From the NCBI GenBank assembly GCA_951406725.2, contig OX597826.1, forward strand, positions 48,298,001 to 48,362,000: DNA of 64,000 nucleotides. The letters are read 5' to 3'. The position numbers and the translations under genes are program-made. The DNA comes from Octopus vulgaris. Lineage: Eukaryota. The stretch's first letter is position 1, and every line of letters starts with the position of its first letter. The notes under the pieces were generated by a model. That model did not search any database, was not told the origin of the DNA, and saw only the letters and a program-made list of their open reading frames with translations. Below are positions 40,950-53,640 of this stretch, one piece after another.

Positions 40950-43897
40950 GTATGTTGCATGCAAGAAATAAGGTGGAGAGGAGGATCAGCTAGGTTCCTC
41001 ACAGGCAAGGAACGCAGGTACAAGATTTTCTGGGCAGGGAACACTGACGGGGTTGGTGGCGTGGGTATACTTATCGCTGAGAAATGGGTAGATAAAGTAA
41101 TTGAGGTAATCAGAGTAAGTGACAGAATACTTAAGATTAGATTAGTGCTTCGTCATAGTTTAGCAACCATTATATCAGCCTATGCTCCTCAGTCGGGGCT
41201 ACCCGATGGACAGAAAGACCGATTCTATGACACTCTACTGCAGACTACCTCATTGACGAACGACAGAGACCTTATCTTTGTGGCTGGTGACTTCAATGGT
41301 CACGTTGGACGACATGCTGGGGGCTTCCATGGCGTACATGGAGGCTATGGCTATGGCTCCCGCAACGAGGAGGGAACCAGGCTGCTGGAGTTCTGCGATG
41401 CAAATAATCTTATGATTTGCAACACTAACTTCAGGAAACCTACCAGCCACCTAGTCACTTACCAATCGGGCCAACATACCAGCCAAATTGACTACATCCT
41501 TACAAGGCAAAGGGAGAGATGGCTGCTTATAAATGCCAAAACCTTCCCAGGTGAAGAATGTACCCCACAACATAGACTGGTAGTTAGTGACTTTAGGATC
41601 AGGACTAGGAGGACAACCAGAAGACGACAAATATGGAGAAGAAGGATCTGGAAGCTTAAAGATCCTGCAAATGGACAGAGATTTAGGGACATATTACTTG
41701 AAGCCTCTGACGAAGTAGAAGGGGATAGAGCATCACAGGGGGTAGAAGACAGCTGGACGTTTCTAAGGGACAACCTGCTGAGAGCCACTGACCAGATCTG
41801 TGGCTGGTGCAAAGTCCCCTCTCGACCTAGAATAACGTGGTGGTGGAACAATATTGTAGACAGGGCTATTAGAGAAAAGAGACAGGCTTGGAAGGTCTGG
41901 AAAAATGGGGGTAGCAGGGAATTGTATCAGACTGCCAAAAGAGAAGCTAGGAGACAGGTTTATTTAGCCAGAGGGGAAGCAGATAAGAAAAAATTTGCCA
42001 ATGTTCTGCGCCGTGAGGACCAAAGACTGGAGGTGTTTCGTGTTGCAAGACAGTGTGTGAGAGAGAATCGTGATGTGGTAGGAGAGAAGTGTGTTCGCAT
42101 GGAAGATGGTTCACTTGCGCTAAATGAGGATGCAAAGAGAGAGGTTTGGAGATGCCACTATGAAAGGTTGTTGAATGAAGAAAATGAATGGGATAAAGAG
42201 AGTCTGCCGAATGTTGACCCAACAGAGGGACCAGCTATCCGAGTTGATAGTTCTGTGGTAGCTAAGGCAATAAGAAGCATGAAGACAGGGAAAGCCCCAG
42301 GCCCATCAGGAATCACTGCAGAGATGCTCAAAATGTCTGGTAGTGTTGGCTATAGCCTAGTCACCCATATAGTTAATCAGGTGATACACAAAGGGGTCAT
42401 ACCCAATGACTGGTGTAGCAGTATAATAGTCAACTGCTACAAAGGTAAAGGTGATGCCCTAGATACAAATAACTACAGAGGTATCAAGCTGTTGGACCAG
42501 GTGATGAAGGTTACGGAGAGGGTCATAGCCCAACTAATTAGAGAGAGAGTTAGTTTAGATGAGATGCAGTTTGGGTTTGTGCCAGGGAAAAGTACTACTG
42601 ATGCTATATTCCTGGTAAGGCAGCTGCAGGAGAAATACCTAGCCAAAGATAAGCCCCTGTACCTGGCTTTTGTTGACATGGAGAAAGCCTTCGACAGGGT
42701 CCCCCGATCCCTTATCTGGTGGGCAATGAGAAAACTAGGGATAGATGAATGGTTAGTGAGAGCTGTGCGGGCCATGTATAGGGACGCCGCTAGTAGGGTG
42801 AGGGTTGGAAATGAGTACAGTGAAGAATTCCGGGTAGAGGTAGGGGTCCACCAAGGCTCAGTACTCAGCCCCCTCCTATTTATCATAGTCCTCCAGGCAA
42901 TAACGGAGGAATTCAAGACAGGATGCCCTTGGGAGCTCCTCTATGCTGATGACCTTGCTCTAATTGCTGAGTCGCTATCAGAACTGGAGGAGAAGTTTCA
43001 GGTGTGGAAACAAGGATTAGAATCGAAGGGCCTCAGAGTCAATCTAGCTAAAACCAAAGTCGTAATCAGTAGGAAGGTTGACAAATCACAAACACCTTCA
43101 GGTAGATGGCCCTGCTCGATCTGTAGAAAAGGTGTAGGTAGAAACTCTATAAGATGCACCAAGTGTAAGCTATGGACACATAAGAGATGCAGCAATGTCA
43201 AAGGAAGGCTAACTAGGAAGATGGTTTTTGTATGTGGCAGATGCTCAGGAACAATAAACACTGAAAATGCTCTGAGACCAACTTCTGTCACTTTCCAGGG
43301 AGAAAAACTAGAAATAGTTGATAGTTTCCGTTACCTAGGTGACCAAGTCAGCAGCGGGGGCGGGTGTGCTGAAAGTGTAACTGCTAGAGTAAGAATAGCT
43401 TGGGCAAAGTTCAGAGAGCTCTTACCTCTGCTGGTGACAAAGGCCTCTCGCACAGAGTGAAAGGCAGACTGTATGATGCGTGTGTACGAACAGCCATGCT
43501 ACATGGCAGTGAAACATGGGCCGTGACTGCTGAGGATATGCGTAAGCTCGCTAGAAATGAAGCCAGTATGCTCCGATGGATGTGTAATGCCAGTACTCAC
43601 ACTCGGCAGAGTGTAAGTACCTTGAGAGAAAAGCTGGACCTAAGAAGCATCAGTTGTGGTGTGCAAGAGAGACGTTTGCGCTGGTATGGTCATGTGGCGA
43701 GAATGGATGAAGATAGTTGTGTGAAAAAGTGCCACACCCTAGCGGTTGAGGGAACCTGTGGAAGAGGCAGACCCAGGAAAACCTGGGACGAGGTGGTGAA
43801 GCACGACCTTCGAACTTTAGGTCTCACTGAGGAAATGACTAGAGACCGAGACCTCTGGAAGGGTGCTGTGCACGAGAAGACCCGGCAGGACAAGTGA
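40950..43897 (+). pseudogene. RTE ORF (endonuclease + reverse transcriptase + PHD-like finger), split by a 1-nt frameshift near 43440
   Basis: ORFs 40884-43460 and 43400-43897 join as ...LLVTK/GLSHRVKGRLYDACVR if one base is restored in ACAAAGGCCTC. The leading YIYIYI of the ORF call is microsatellite. The first endonuclease motif is missing. Confidence 0.9.
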
Positions 43898-43969
43898 GTC
43901 CACAACCCGTGGCCTTCTACATGGGAGGGAGCCAGCCTACGTATGCATACCTTCCCTTCTTGGGACACA

Positions 43970-44163
43970 AAACTCTACTTGTGAAGACGTGTTGAGGCAA
44001 GTGAGGATCAGAATCGAAATCGATCAATGGAAATTGCGGATGTGCTACCAGTGCCGGTGGCATGTCGAAACTCTGCTTGTGAAGACCCATTGAGGCAAGT
44101 GAGGATCAGAATCGAAATCGATCAATGGAAATTGCAGATGTGTTACCAGTGCCGGTGGCATGT
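43970..44163 (+). repeat. 98-bp tandem duplication in the RTE 3' UTR
   Basis: AACTCT.CTTGTGAAGAC...GGTGGCATGT at 43971 and 44069. Confidence 0.92.
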
Positions 44164-44500
44164 AAGAGAACTTTCCGTTTCGCGACCGTTGCCAGCACCG
44201 CCCCGTTTCGTGTCCGTTGCCAGCCTCGCCTGGCCCTCGTGCCGGTGGCACATAAAAAGCACCATTCGTTCGTGGCCGTTTGCCAGCTCTGTCTGGCACC
44301 AGTGCGGGTGGCACGTAAAAAGCACCCACTACACTCACGGAGTGGTTGGCGTTAGGAAGGGCATCCAGCCGTAGAAACACTGCCAGATTTGACTGGGCCT
44401 GATGAAGCCTTCTGGCTTCACAGACCCCAGCAGAACCGTCCAACCCATGCTAGCATGGAAAACGGACGCTAAATGATGATGATGATGATGATGATGATGA

Positions 44501-44875
44501 TATAAAATTTGTTCTGTCTGTCTGTGTGTCTTCTAGGATCTCAAGCATCCTCCATCTGATTGCGCTCAAATTTGATATGTAGATACCAACGGTATTAGGG
44601 TGTGTATAAGTCTTGAAAAAATTACAAAAATCGATTCCAGGTGAGAATGCGATCAATAAAGCTGTGGGAACATGCATTTGTAAAATCGTTTTTCTTGGAA
44701 TAGAAAAAAAGTCTAACTTTATTTTTTCTTTTGCTGGTGTCTCAAATTTAGGTTAAATCAGTGTTTCTCAAAGGGGTGGCCTATGGGACGGTCGGACAAG
44801 TTGTTTTGAGAAAATTTGGTTTAAATGTTTGACAACTTGGCAACATCCATTGGATGAGGGGTGTTTTGCTCGTAT
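44501..44875 (+). mobile_element. Probable Helitron-like non-autonomous element
   Basis: TATAAAA...CTGTCTGTCTGTG start resembles that of 22543; 3' end unclear. Confidence 0.4.
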
Positions 44876-45074
44876 ATATACATATATTGCTAGATGTTTT
44901 TCAAGGTCAATTAGCTCAATTAAAATTTCTTAAGCAAAAGATAAAAGATAAAATAATTATCTAAGCACCAAGTTGCCAAAATTAAACTTTGAATTAAATT
45001 TTATTAATCTCTGCATTTCCTGGTGCAAATCTTACTCCCTTAATTTTGACTTTTAATCCTTCTATATCCACAAA

Positions 45075-45115
45075 TAAATCTGTTTCAGGAGATTCATTTC
45101 CTTCATCAGTGTAAA
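45075..45115 (-). ncRNA. Degenerate hammerhead-like motif
   Basis: Minus strand CTGATGA-AGGA(8 nt)TCCT-GAAAC; helices I and III decayed. Confidence 0.45.
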
Positions 45116-45176
45116 GTGTTACATAGACTGAAATTGAAAAGTCTATGCAAGTCGATAAGAATACTTGAATTCAAAT

Positions 45177-45343
45177 TGTGGCTGTGTAGTAAGTAACTTG
45201 CTTACCAACTACATGGTTCTAGGTTCAGTCCCACTGCATGGTACCTTGGGCAAGTATCTTCTACTATAGCTTCAGGCCAACCAAAGCCTTGTGAGTGGAT
45301 TTGGTAGATGGAAACTGAAGGAAGCCCATCGTATATGTGTACA

Positions 45344-45413
<70 letters not shown>

Positions 45414-45693
45414 CATGGAAAGTGGACATTAAACGATGATGATGATGATGATAATGATATATATATGTATGTGTGTGTGTATGTTTGCGTGTCTGTGTTT
45501 GTCCCCCAACATCACTTGACAACCGATGCTGGCATGTTTATGTCTCTGACACTTAGCAGTACAGCAAAGGAGTGCGATAGAATAAGTACTAGGCTTACAA
45601 AGAATAAGTCCTGGGGTCGATTTGCTCGACTAAAGGCGGTGCTCCAGCATGGCCACAGTCAAATGACTGAAACATGTAAAAGAGTAAAGAGTA
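45177..45693 (+). mobile_element. SINE family A with a 48-bp RTE tail inside (45411-45458)
   Basis: TAGCATGGAAAGTGGACATTAAACGATGATG within the internal (TA)n. Confidence 0.87.
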
Positions 45694-45989
45694 TTTCTTG
45701 GTTTATTAATAAATATAAAGACACTTGAAAATATTAGTGAAAATTGATAAAATTCTTAGCTTTTTTCAAATAAGATGGTTAGACTTTGCTAGAGGTTTTC
45801 CAGAGAGTTCCTTCAATCAATACAATGTAATTTTATTTTATAGTTGAGTTTTATTTTATAGTTACAGAATGGATAAATACATCATTAAATAACTCATAAA
45901 ATGCATCTAACAGTTGAAACATATTTCAAAATCTGAATAAGAAGTAATGTTCTCATCTCAACACCACAAATTTTCAAGCCTCGGAATAT

Positions 45990-46140
45990 TCCAGATAAAC
46001 AATGCAATGTTCTAATTTTAATGCAAACATGAAACTTATAAAATGTATCACTCAACTTATTATACTGGATACACAAGAACAACACTTTCTTGTTGATTGA
46101 TCATGCATTTACAACAATGAGGTGTTGTAGTATAATGTAT
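45990..46140 (+). pseudogene. Decayed Penelope-like GIY-YIG endonuclease
   Basis: 46022-46120 reads CKHETYKMYHSTYYTGYTRTTLSC*LIMHLQ; reversing CpG decay of TGT TGA gives Y.GYT.TTLSRRL.MHLQ. Confidence 0.65.
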
Positions 46141-46613
46141 TAAACAATACAAAACAAAAGTAGGTAGAAAAACATGCTATATGGAATTTCAAAACGTTTC
46201 TAGATTATCTTCGGAAGGTTTATTAAAAGCAAAATGCAAACCTAAAATCAAGACAGATACACAGAGCATATGAGGAATGAACTATGAAAGTGGACTGGAA
46301 TTAAATGTTAAACAATATAAAATCTAACATTGATGATTTCATCAGTTGCCACAGCATACTTATAAACCCATAATGCTTACTACTAAAACATGGTAACAAC
46401 ATGCTCTAATCATAACTTCATTCAGAAGATGAGGCCAAAATAGTAACATAATAGAAAATTGATTTATTTTGGAAATGTTATTATTTCTAACTAAACATAA
46501 AGGTCTAATGATGGATGAATGAAGGACTAATGAAGGACTAAAAAAGAAATATGAAAAATCAATAATAAAAAGGATTGATCTTAGAGACAATCAAAAGAAT
46601 ATACCAAAATCCT

Positions 46614-47089
46614 AAATATTTTGTTACCATATTTCTATTGAAATACGATGCCTTTAATTCACTTATTTTGAAAATAATAAAGAATTTAGTAAAATAACTT
46701 GGTCATGATTCAGATGGTGTTTGGAATATAATTTAATATCAAAGTTTATTGGAAGGTTTTAATTTAAATCACTTTATAACGGGAAGTATACATCATATAA
46801 TCAAGGGCAATCTCTGGTGGGTTGGTATCATAAGCATAAGACAAACATGATAGAAGGATCTGGAAGCGAAATTATTCCAGTTAAAATACACTGCCTTTAT
46901 TTCAATTAATTTTTGATAATAATGAAGAATTCAATAAAATAAATTTGTCCTTATTAAAGTTGGTGTTTGGAACATAAATTAGCATGGAATTTTGATGGAA
47001 GGTTTTAATTTAAATCACTTGAAAATGGTAAGTTTGTAAGTTTGTAGAACCAGGAGTGATTTCAGGCAGGTTGGTATCAATAGAGTTAA
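46614..47089 (-). mobile_element. Two tandem, decayed copies of the piggyBac-type MITE family
   Basis: TTTGTTACCATATTTCT.TTGA... and GGTTGGTATCA.. match the reverse complement of 15424-15643; copies at ~46614-46839 and ~46880-47089. Confidence 0.65.
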
Positions 47090-47119
47090 TCATGCCAGTG
47101 CAGCTCAGAAAATATCTTT

Positions 47120-47830
47120 GGACAATCTGTGGAAGAGGTAGACCCAGGAAGACCTAGGATGAGGTGGTGAAGCATGACCTTCAAACATTGGGCCTCACCG
47201 AGACAATGACTAGTGACTGAGACCTTTGGAAATATGTTGTGCTTGAGAAGATACGACAAGCCAAGTGAGACCATAACCCATGGCCTATGCAAGCGGTGTA
47301 ACCAGCCTACTTATGTGTTGCTTGCGAAGACCTGTTGAGGCAAGTGAAATCACAATCAAAATCAAATTTGCCTACGTGGCCGATGAGAGCACCACCTGAC
47401 TAGCACCCGTACCAGTGGAATGTTAAAAGCACCATCCAAGCATGATCGTTGCCAGGGCCATTGACTGGCTCCCATGCTGGTGACACATAAAAAGCACCAT
47501 TCGAGCGTGATCATTACCAGCATCACCTTACTGGCACATGTGCCGGTGGCATGTGAAAAACAACATTCGAGAGAGGTCGTTGCCAGTGCCACTGATTTGG
47601 CTCCTGCACAGGTGGCACATAACAACCAACATTTGAGCATGACTGTCGCCAGTACCACCTGACTAACCCTCTCGGAGTGGTTGGCATTAGGAAAAGCATC
47701 CAGTTGTAGAAACTCTGCCAGATCAGATTGGAGCCTGGCGCAACCATCTGGCTCACCAGTCCTCAGTCAAACCGTCCAACCCATGCCAGCAGGGAAAGCA
47801 GATGTTAAACGATGATGCTGATGATGATGA
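47120..47830 (+). mobile_element. RTE LINE 3' fragment (ORF end + UTR + GAT tail)
   Basis: GGAAGAGGTAGACCCAGGAAGACC... aligns to 43755-43900. Ends CCGTCCAACCCATGCCAGC...AAACGATGATG as at 44437-44500. Confidence 0.88.
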
Positions 47831-48719
47831 ACATCACACAGAAGATTTGATGAAAAACCCAGCTAAAACAACCGACATTGTAGTAACCAAAATAGTAATT
47901 TCTTCCCTCTTAAAAACAATGTACTCAGATCTGATCAGTTTTGACTAAGATATGTAAATTTGAGGATAAAGTGCTAACGATAAAGCTTTATGCAATGGTT
48001 CTGTTATTTTGCATGTGAGGAAAAATACCATCTGATCTCAGATATTCAAACAGTATTATCATCTACAAGGCAGTGAGCTGGTACACTGGGCAAAATGAAT
48101 GGTGACATTCTGAGTTCAAATTCTGCCAGGGTTCACTTCACCTTTCATCCTTTTGGAGGCAATAAAATAAGTGTCTTTTGAACACTTGGGTTGATTTAAT
48201 CAATTTAGTTCCTCACCTAAAAGCTGATTGCCTTGTGCCAAAGTTTGAAACCATTATGTTCATTTAGAAGAAAGAAGATAAATCAGATTGTGGCAATGAT
48301 GGAGGAATGTTGCTTTTGTTAACTTATGGGAAAACTATGGCTTGAATCCTGATAAACCAATTTGCTCTTCTATGAGAGACTAGTCTGTCTGAATGTGAAT
48401 TGGTTTCCAATCTTTGAGGGAAAATTTGATATGATCTTCCCAACTTTTCAGCTACAGGAAAAATTCCTTGAATAACTGAAGTTAGGTTTCTTTTTAGGGT
48501 TTTTGTTCTCCTTTACCAAAATAGTTTAATTCTTCTCCACAAGATTTCGATGCAATCATAGAGATTCTGCATGATAACCTGTTTTGATCTATGGCATCAG
48601 TTTTTCATGACACTAGCTTGTGTGCACACACACACACACACATACACTCAAAAAACACACACACACAATCCAACACATGCACACACACACAAACACACAC
48701 ACACACACACACATACACG

Positions 48720-48805
<86 letters not shown>

Positions 48806-48807
<2 letters not shown>

Positions 48808-49395
48808 GGGTGGGCCAAAAGTTAAGTGCAAAATAAGTTCGATAAACTCCAGAATTCTCAAAGACAAGCTTCAATTTTTCCAAAATTGGATAAAATAAAC
48901 AGAACAAGAGCACTCAGAAAATGCAAACTTCTGCCAAGGCAACACCAACGTCCTCTCAACAATCAGCCAGAGATGATTTTTAATATGAGAATATCTGAAA
49001 TAAACTCAGCTGCTCTCACAAACGAGAATACTAAAAATGAATCCAACTGCTCTGAAAAATGAAGTAAAAAGAAAACGGAAAAATAATTCAGAATCCTTCT
49101 CCAGTACCAGATCGATCTCAAAATTTAACCAGTTCTTGCCAGCCACAAGGCCAACATCCATGAAAGTTTCATCCAAATCCATCCAGCAGTTCTTGAGATA
49201 TCTTGTCCACAGACAAACAAAGAAACGAACAAACAGATGCAACTGCAAAACAATACCTCTGCCTTTGCTAAGGTGGAGGCAATAATGATGAAAATACATG
49301 TACTTGTATATGATGAACAAAACTGATAATAATATTAATAACATAATATAGTTGAAATGGCGAATGTTTTAGTGCATGACTTTTAGCCCACCCTG
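48806..49395. mobile_element. Tc1/mariner-type MITE
   Basis: 17-bp TIRs (T/C)AGGGTGGGC(C/T)AAAAGT, 15/17 identical, TA on both sides. Confidence 0.8.
48903..49284. mobile_element. Helentron/HINE-like non-autonomous element nested in the MITE
   Basis: Terminal hairpin CCTCTGCCTT-TGCT-AAGGTGGAGG, related CTTCTGCCAAGG near the other end, ACAGACAAAC microsatellite. Confidence 0.5.
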
Positions 49396-49534
49396 TATAT
49401 TGGTGGTTCTGCCTGATTCTGGTGCCCATATCAATGATGTATGTGTGTATATGTACTGATGTCTTTGTGCATGTCTAAAAGAAGACTAAACATATATCAG
49501 TAATGCATGTGTACATTACTGTACTTCTGCATAA

Positions 49535-49570
<36 letters not shown>

Positions 49571-49573
<3 letters not shown>

Positions 49574-49972
49574 AGTGGCTGTGTGGTAAGTAGCTTGGTT
49601 ACCAACCACATGGTTCTAGATTCAGTCCCACTGTGTGGTACCTTGGGCAAGTGTCTTCTCCTATAGCCTTGGGCCGACCAAAGCCTTGTGAGTGGATTTG
49701 GTAGACAGAAACTGAAAGAAGCCTGTCGTATATATATATATGTATGTGGTGTATATATGTATGTGTGTCTGCGTTTGTCCCCCCCAACATTGCTTGACAA
49801 CCGATGGTGGTGTGTTTGCGTCCCTGTAACTTAGCAGTTCGGCAAAAGAGACCGATAGAATAAGTACTGGGCTCACAAAGAATATGTCCTGGGGTCAATT
49901 TGCTCGACTAAAAGCAGTGCTCCAGTATGGCCGCAATCAAATGACTGAAATAAGTAAAAGAGTAAAGAGTAA
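49571..49972 (+). mobile_element. SINE family A
   Basis: Full-length. Confidence 0.9.
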
Positions 49973-49977
49973 GTGTA

Positions 49978-50013
<36 letters not shown>

Positions 50014-50722
50014 ATGTGTGTGTGTGTATGTATATTTACATCTATGTGTGTGTATATTCATATATCTATCTATATATATATCTGTTGTAGGTTTGTATAA
50101 GCATCTATTGCATGTCTGCATATGTAAGTGAAGCATATATACATGTCTTAGTTTCATACATGCACTTGTGTATATGCAATGCAAAAATCACTGCTATATG
50201 TACATGCATATGTGTGTGTGTGAAGCAGCATATGTGCATAGGTCACAGTTGCATGTATAAATATGTCATCAATGCATGTTTGCATACATCACTGATGTAT
50301 ATATATGTGGCACTGATGTGCATATATATATATATATATATCCCTCGTATATGTATATGTATATATATATCACAGCCGTTTGTGTGATCTATTCCAATGT
50401 TATTATATAGAAATTAATTTTACTTGAAATAAAATAGTGTTAGAGAAAGAGAGAGAAAGAGAGAGGGAGAGAGAGAGAGAGAAGGAAAGAAAAAGAGAGA
50501 TGTGAAATGTGTGCATGGTAATAGAAAATTTCGAAATTTAGAGAGAGGAAATGATAAAGGTTAGGGTTAGGGTAAGGAAAAGGAACAGCATCTTCTTGGC
50601 ACAGTGCTCCCCTACCAAAATAATTAGGTGAATACATATATACATACATATATATATATACACAAACATATACGTGTATGTATGTATATTTGTGTATATA
50701 TATGTATGTATATATATATATG

Positions 50723-50779
<57 letters not shown>

Positions 50780-51311
50780 GAAAGTATGTATGTATGTATG
50801 TATGTATGGATGGATGGATGGATGGATGTATGGATGTATGTATGTATGCATGTATGTATGTATATATGTGTGTGTGTCTAAATAAGTTTGTACGTGTATA
50901 CTTATGAATATATGTTATATATATATATATAAGTGGATAGATGGATATATCCATAGATCCAAACATGCATTAAACAGGCAAAATGTATGTGGCGGAAGCC
51001 AAAGTAACCTCACACATACACACACACACACACACAATCACATACACACACACACACACACTCCCTCACATGTATATAAATGCACACATAACACAAACCT
51101 GATCAATGAATAAACACTTTGAAGCAATGAGTATATATAAAAATATGAATAATAACTTTTTTTTAATAGACATAAATTTAATATAATGAATATAAAATAT
51201 AAATTGTGAATGATATTATAAATTTTGAAATAATATACAGCGACATACTTATATATACAAGCATATACATACATATATATACACACATATATATATATAT
51301 GTATATATATG

Positions 51312-51346
<35 letters not shown>

Positions 51347-51608
51347 GTATTTATATATATGTATATGTATGTATGTTTGTATGCCTATATGTATGTATAT
51401 ACAGGTATATAAATTTTTAAATAAATAAGCCAGACATGTCACTGGAGATGGGGCAAGCCCTATATAGCTTATATACATTGATAAACTGTTCTTACCATTG
51501 AAAATATTTAAAAATGTGAATAAAACTGCAAGGTTTCAATATATAAGGCTTTTGTGCATATTTACCGTTCTGCTATTTTACACAAATTTTACAATTAATG
51601 TATATGCT

Positions 51609-51655
<47 letters not shown>

Positions 51656-52021
51656 AACATGTATGTATATATAGATATAGACATACTTATGCATATATAA
51701 AAACGTACATAAGCGTATGTTCATTTATAGGAACTTTTTAATGATGTTTTTTTTTGTTGGTTTATATCCTAGACTTTTAAAATTATTTTTATAAAGTTTT
51801 TAAATGGGGTGGTTATGGGGTATGTCTTGCTCTCTATTTCCTATATTGTTTTGTTTTCTTTTGTTTGCATTCAATGAAGTTTTACGCATTTGATCTGCAG
51901 CCTGTCCCTCTTTTGTTCGCTTTTGATGTTTGTATGCATTTAATCTTGAACCTACTCATGTATGTGCTTGCTTTATATACATCTATACATACATACATAT
52001 ATACATGCATACATGCATATA

Positions 52022-52065
<44 letters not shown>

Positions 52066-52127
52066 ATACAAACATATTCGTACACAAATATGCATATACT
52101 GTATAAATATGTATATGTACATATATG

Positions 52128-52168
<41 letters not shown>

Positions 52169-52234
52169 GGTAAATAGATAGATAGATAGATAGGCATATA
52201 TATACATACATATATATATATGGGTGTGTGTGTA

Positions 52235-52271
<37 letters not shown>

Positions 52272-52339
52272 GTAAATAGATAGATAGATAGGCATATATA
52301 TATATACATACATGCATACATACATATATATATGTATAT

Positions 52340-52374
<35 letters not shown>

Positions 52375-52502
52375 CACACACTCACATATTTACATATGTG
52401 TATACATAGACACATACTTTTATAAATATATATATATACACACACACACATATACATATGTATACATAGATACCTACATTTATATATATTCAAAGATATA
52501 TG

Positions 52503-52538
<36 letters not shown>

Positions 52539-53389
52539 TGTATGTATGTATGTATGTATGTATGTATATATGTATGTATGTACGTATCTTTGTATGTATG
52601 AATGATAACACATACATGCATACATATATACGTGCAGTTTAAGATGTGCATGTGTGTTTGTGCCTGTATGTTTGTGTTTTATGGAAAAGAAAGCAAAATC
52701 CACTTTGACATTGCAAAGAAGATAACAGTAACCAGTTCAGTTTCAATTTAAACGCTCCAAAATATTTTTTTCTATATTTTCAGTCCCTTTTACGGGTTTC
52801 AATTTTCAGTCCAATTAATTTTCTTTTGAAATCCAATTTTTATATTTCCTTAAAATGTTTACAATTATATTTCAGCCACACTATATTCTGGTTTGTAAAC
52901 TTTTGCATAAATCCTTATTTTAAACGATAAATATATCCTCACAACGAAGACCATTTTGTTTTTTGCCTTTTTGTTTCTTTGCCTTTTGATTTTTTACCTT
53001 TAATCTTTTATAAACACTCCATATTAGTTTGAGATTTATTAGGTTTAAAGTGTTCATATCTCTCACATGCTGTATCATTTTCATACTTGTCAAAAACAGC
53101 AGAAAAAATATTTTTTAAAAATTAAGTAAACAGGAAATTCTGTAGCCATCTCTGTATCATACTTAAAGTAGATACACCATTGATAGGCCAGTTACTGCAT
53201 GCATTTGTTCTGAGATAACATTACTTAGGGATTTCCTGTGTTTTTAACATAATAAGTATCAGAAAGAGATGAAAATTCAACCCAACAGTACTGATATATT
53301 TCACCCTTTTTGGACATTTTCAATGATGCAAGCCACTTGTTCAAATGAGAATTCTTCTTCTCTGATATAGGGAAAAGAACAAAGTAGTC

Positions 53390-53640
53390 TATGATGTTGC
53401 AAATAGCCACTTAATTGATAAAAATTCAGTATATGCAATTGAGTTGAAAAATCTGTTTTTATCCAGTGGTGCATAACTAAAGCTAAAGAAAGTCCGAGAT
53501 GTGAATGAATGGACATCAGGTCCAAGGTTGTGACACATGGGCAGAACACCAAAATTTGAGCCTTTTGTTAAAGCCATAGAGGTAATAATAATTTCAGACA
53601 TGAGTATAACAGCAGAAATTTTAAAGGTGGCATTAGCCAA
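53390..53640 (-). pseudogene. Possible Penelope-like N-terminal remnant
   Basis: ALTKGSNFGVLP resembles the L.KGL.F.P motif; single motif only. Confidence 0.25.

Larger units (their letters stand above)
40948..44500 (+). mobile_element. RTE-clade non-LTR retrotransposon (LINE), 5'-truncated, young
   Basis: Single ORF with APE endonuclease motifs (MQE, GVG, SAYAPQ, GDFNGH, IDYIL) and RT motifs (KAPGPSG, NYRGIKLL, QFGF, DMEKAFD, GVHQGSVLSP, YADD at 42942-42953, FRYLG). C-terminus GRGRPRKTW..DRDLW. ~600 bp 3' UTR ending in (GAT)n. Starts abruptly after a (TA)n run. Confidence 0.95.

Noticed and set aside
44399-44425. CTGATGA followed by hairpin AGCC/GGCT in the RTE tail
   Set aside because: No GAAA box after the stem, and other RTE tail copies read CTGGTGCAG
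50560-50573. TTAGGG telomeric repeats
   Set aside because: Only two units; expected by chance
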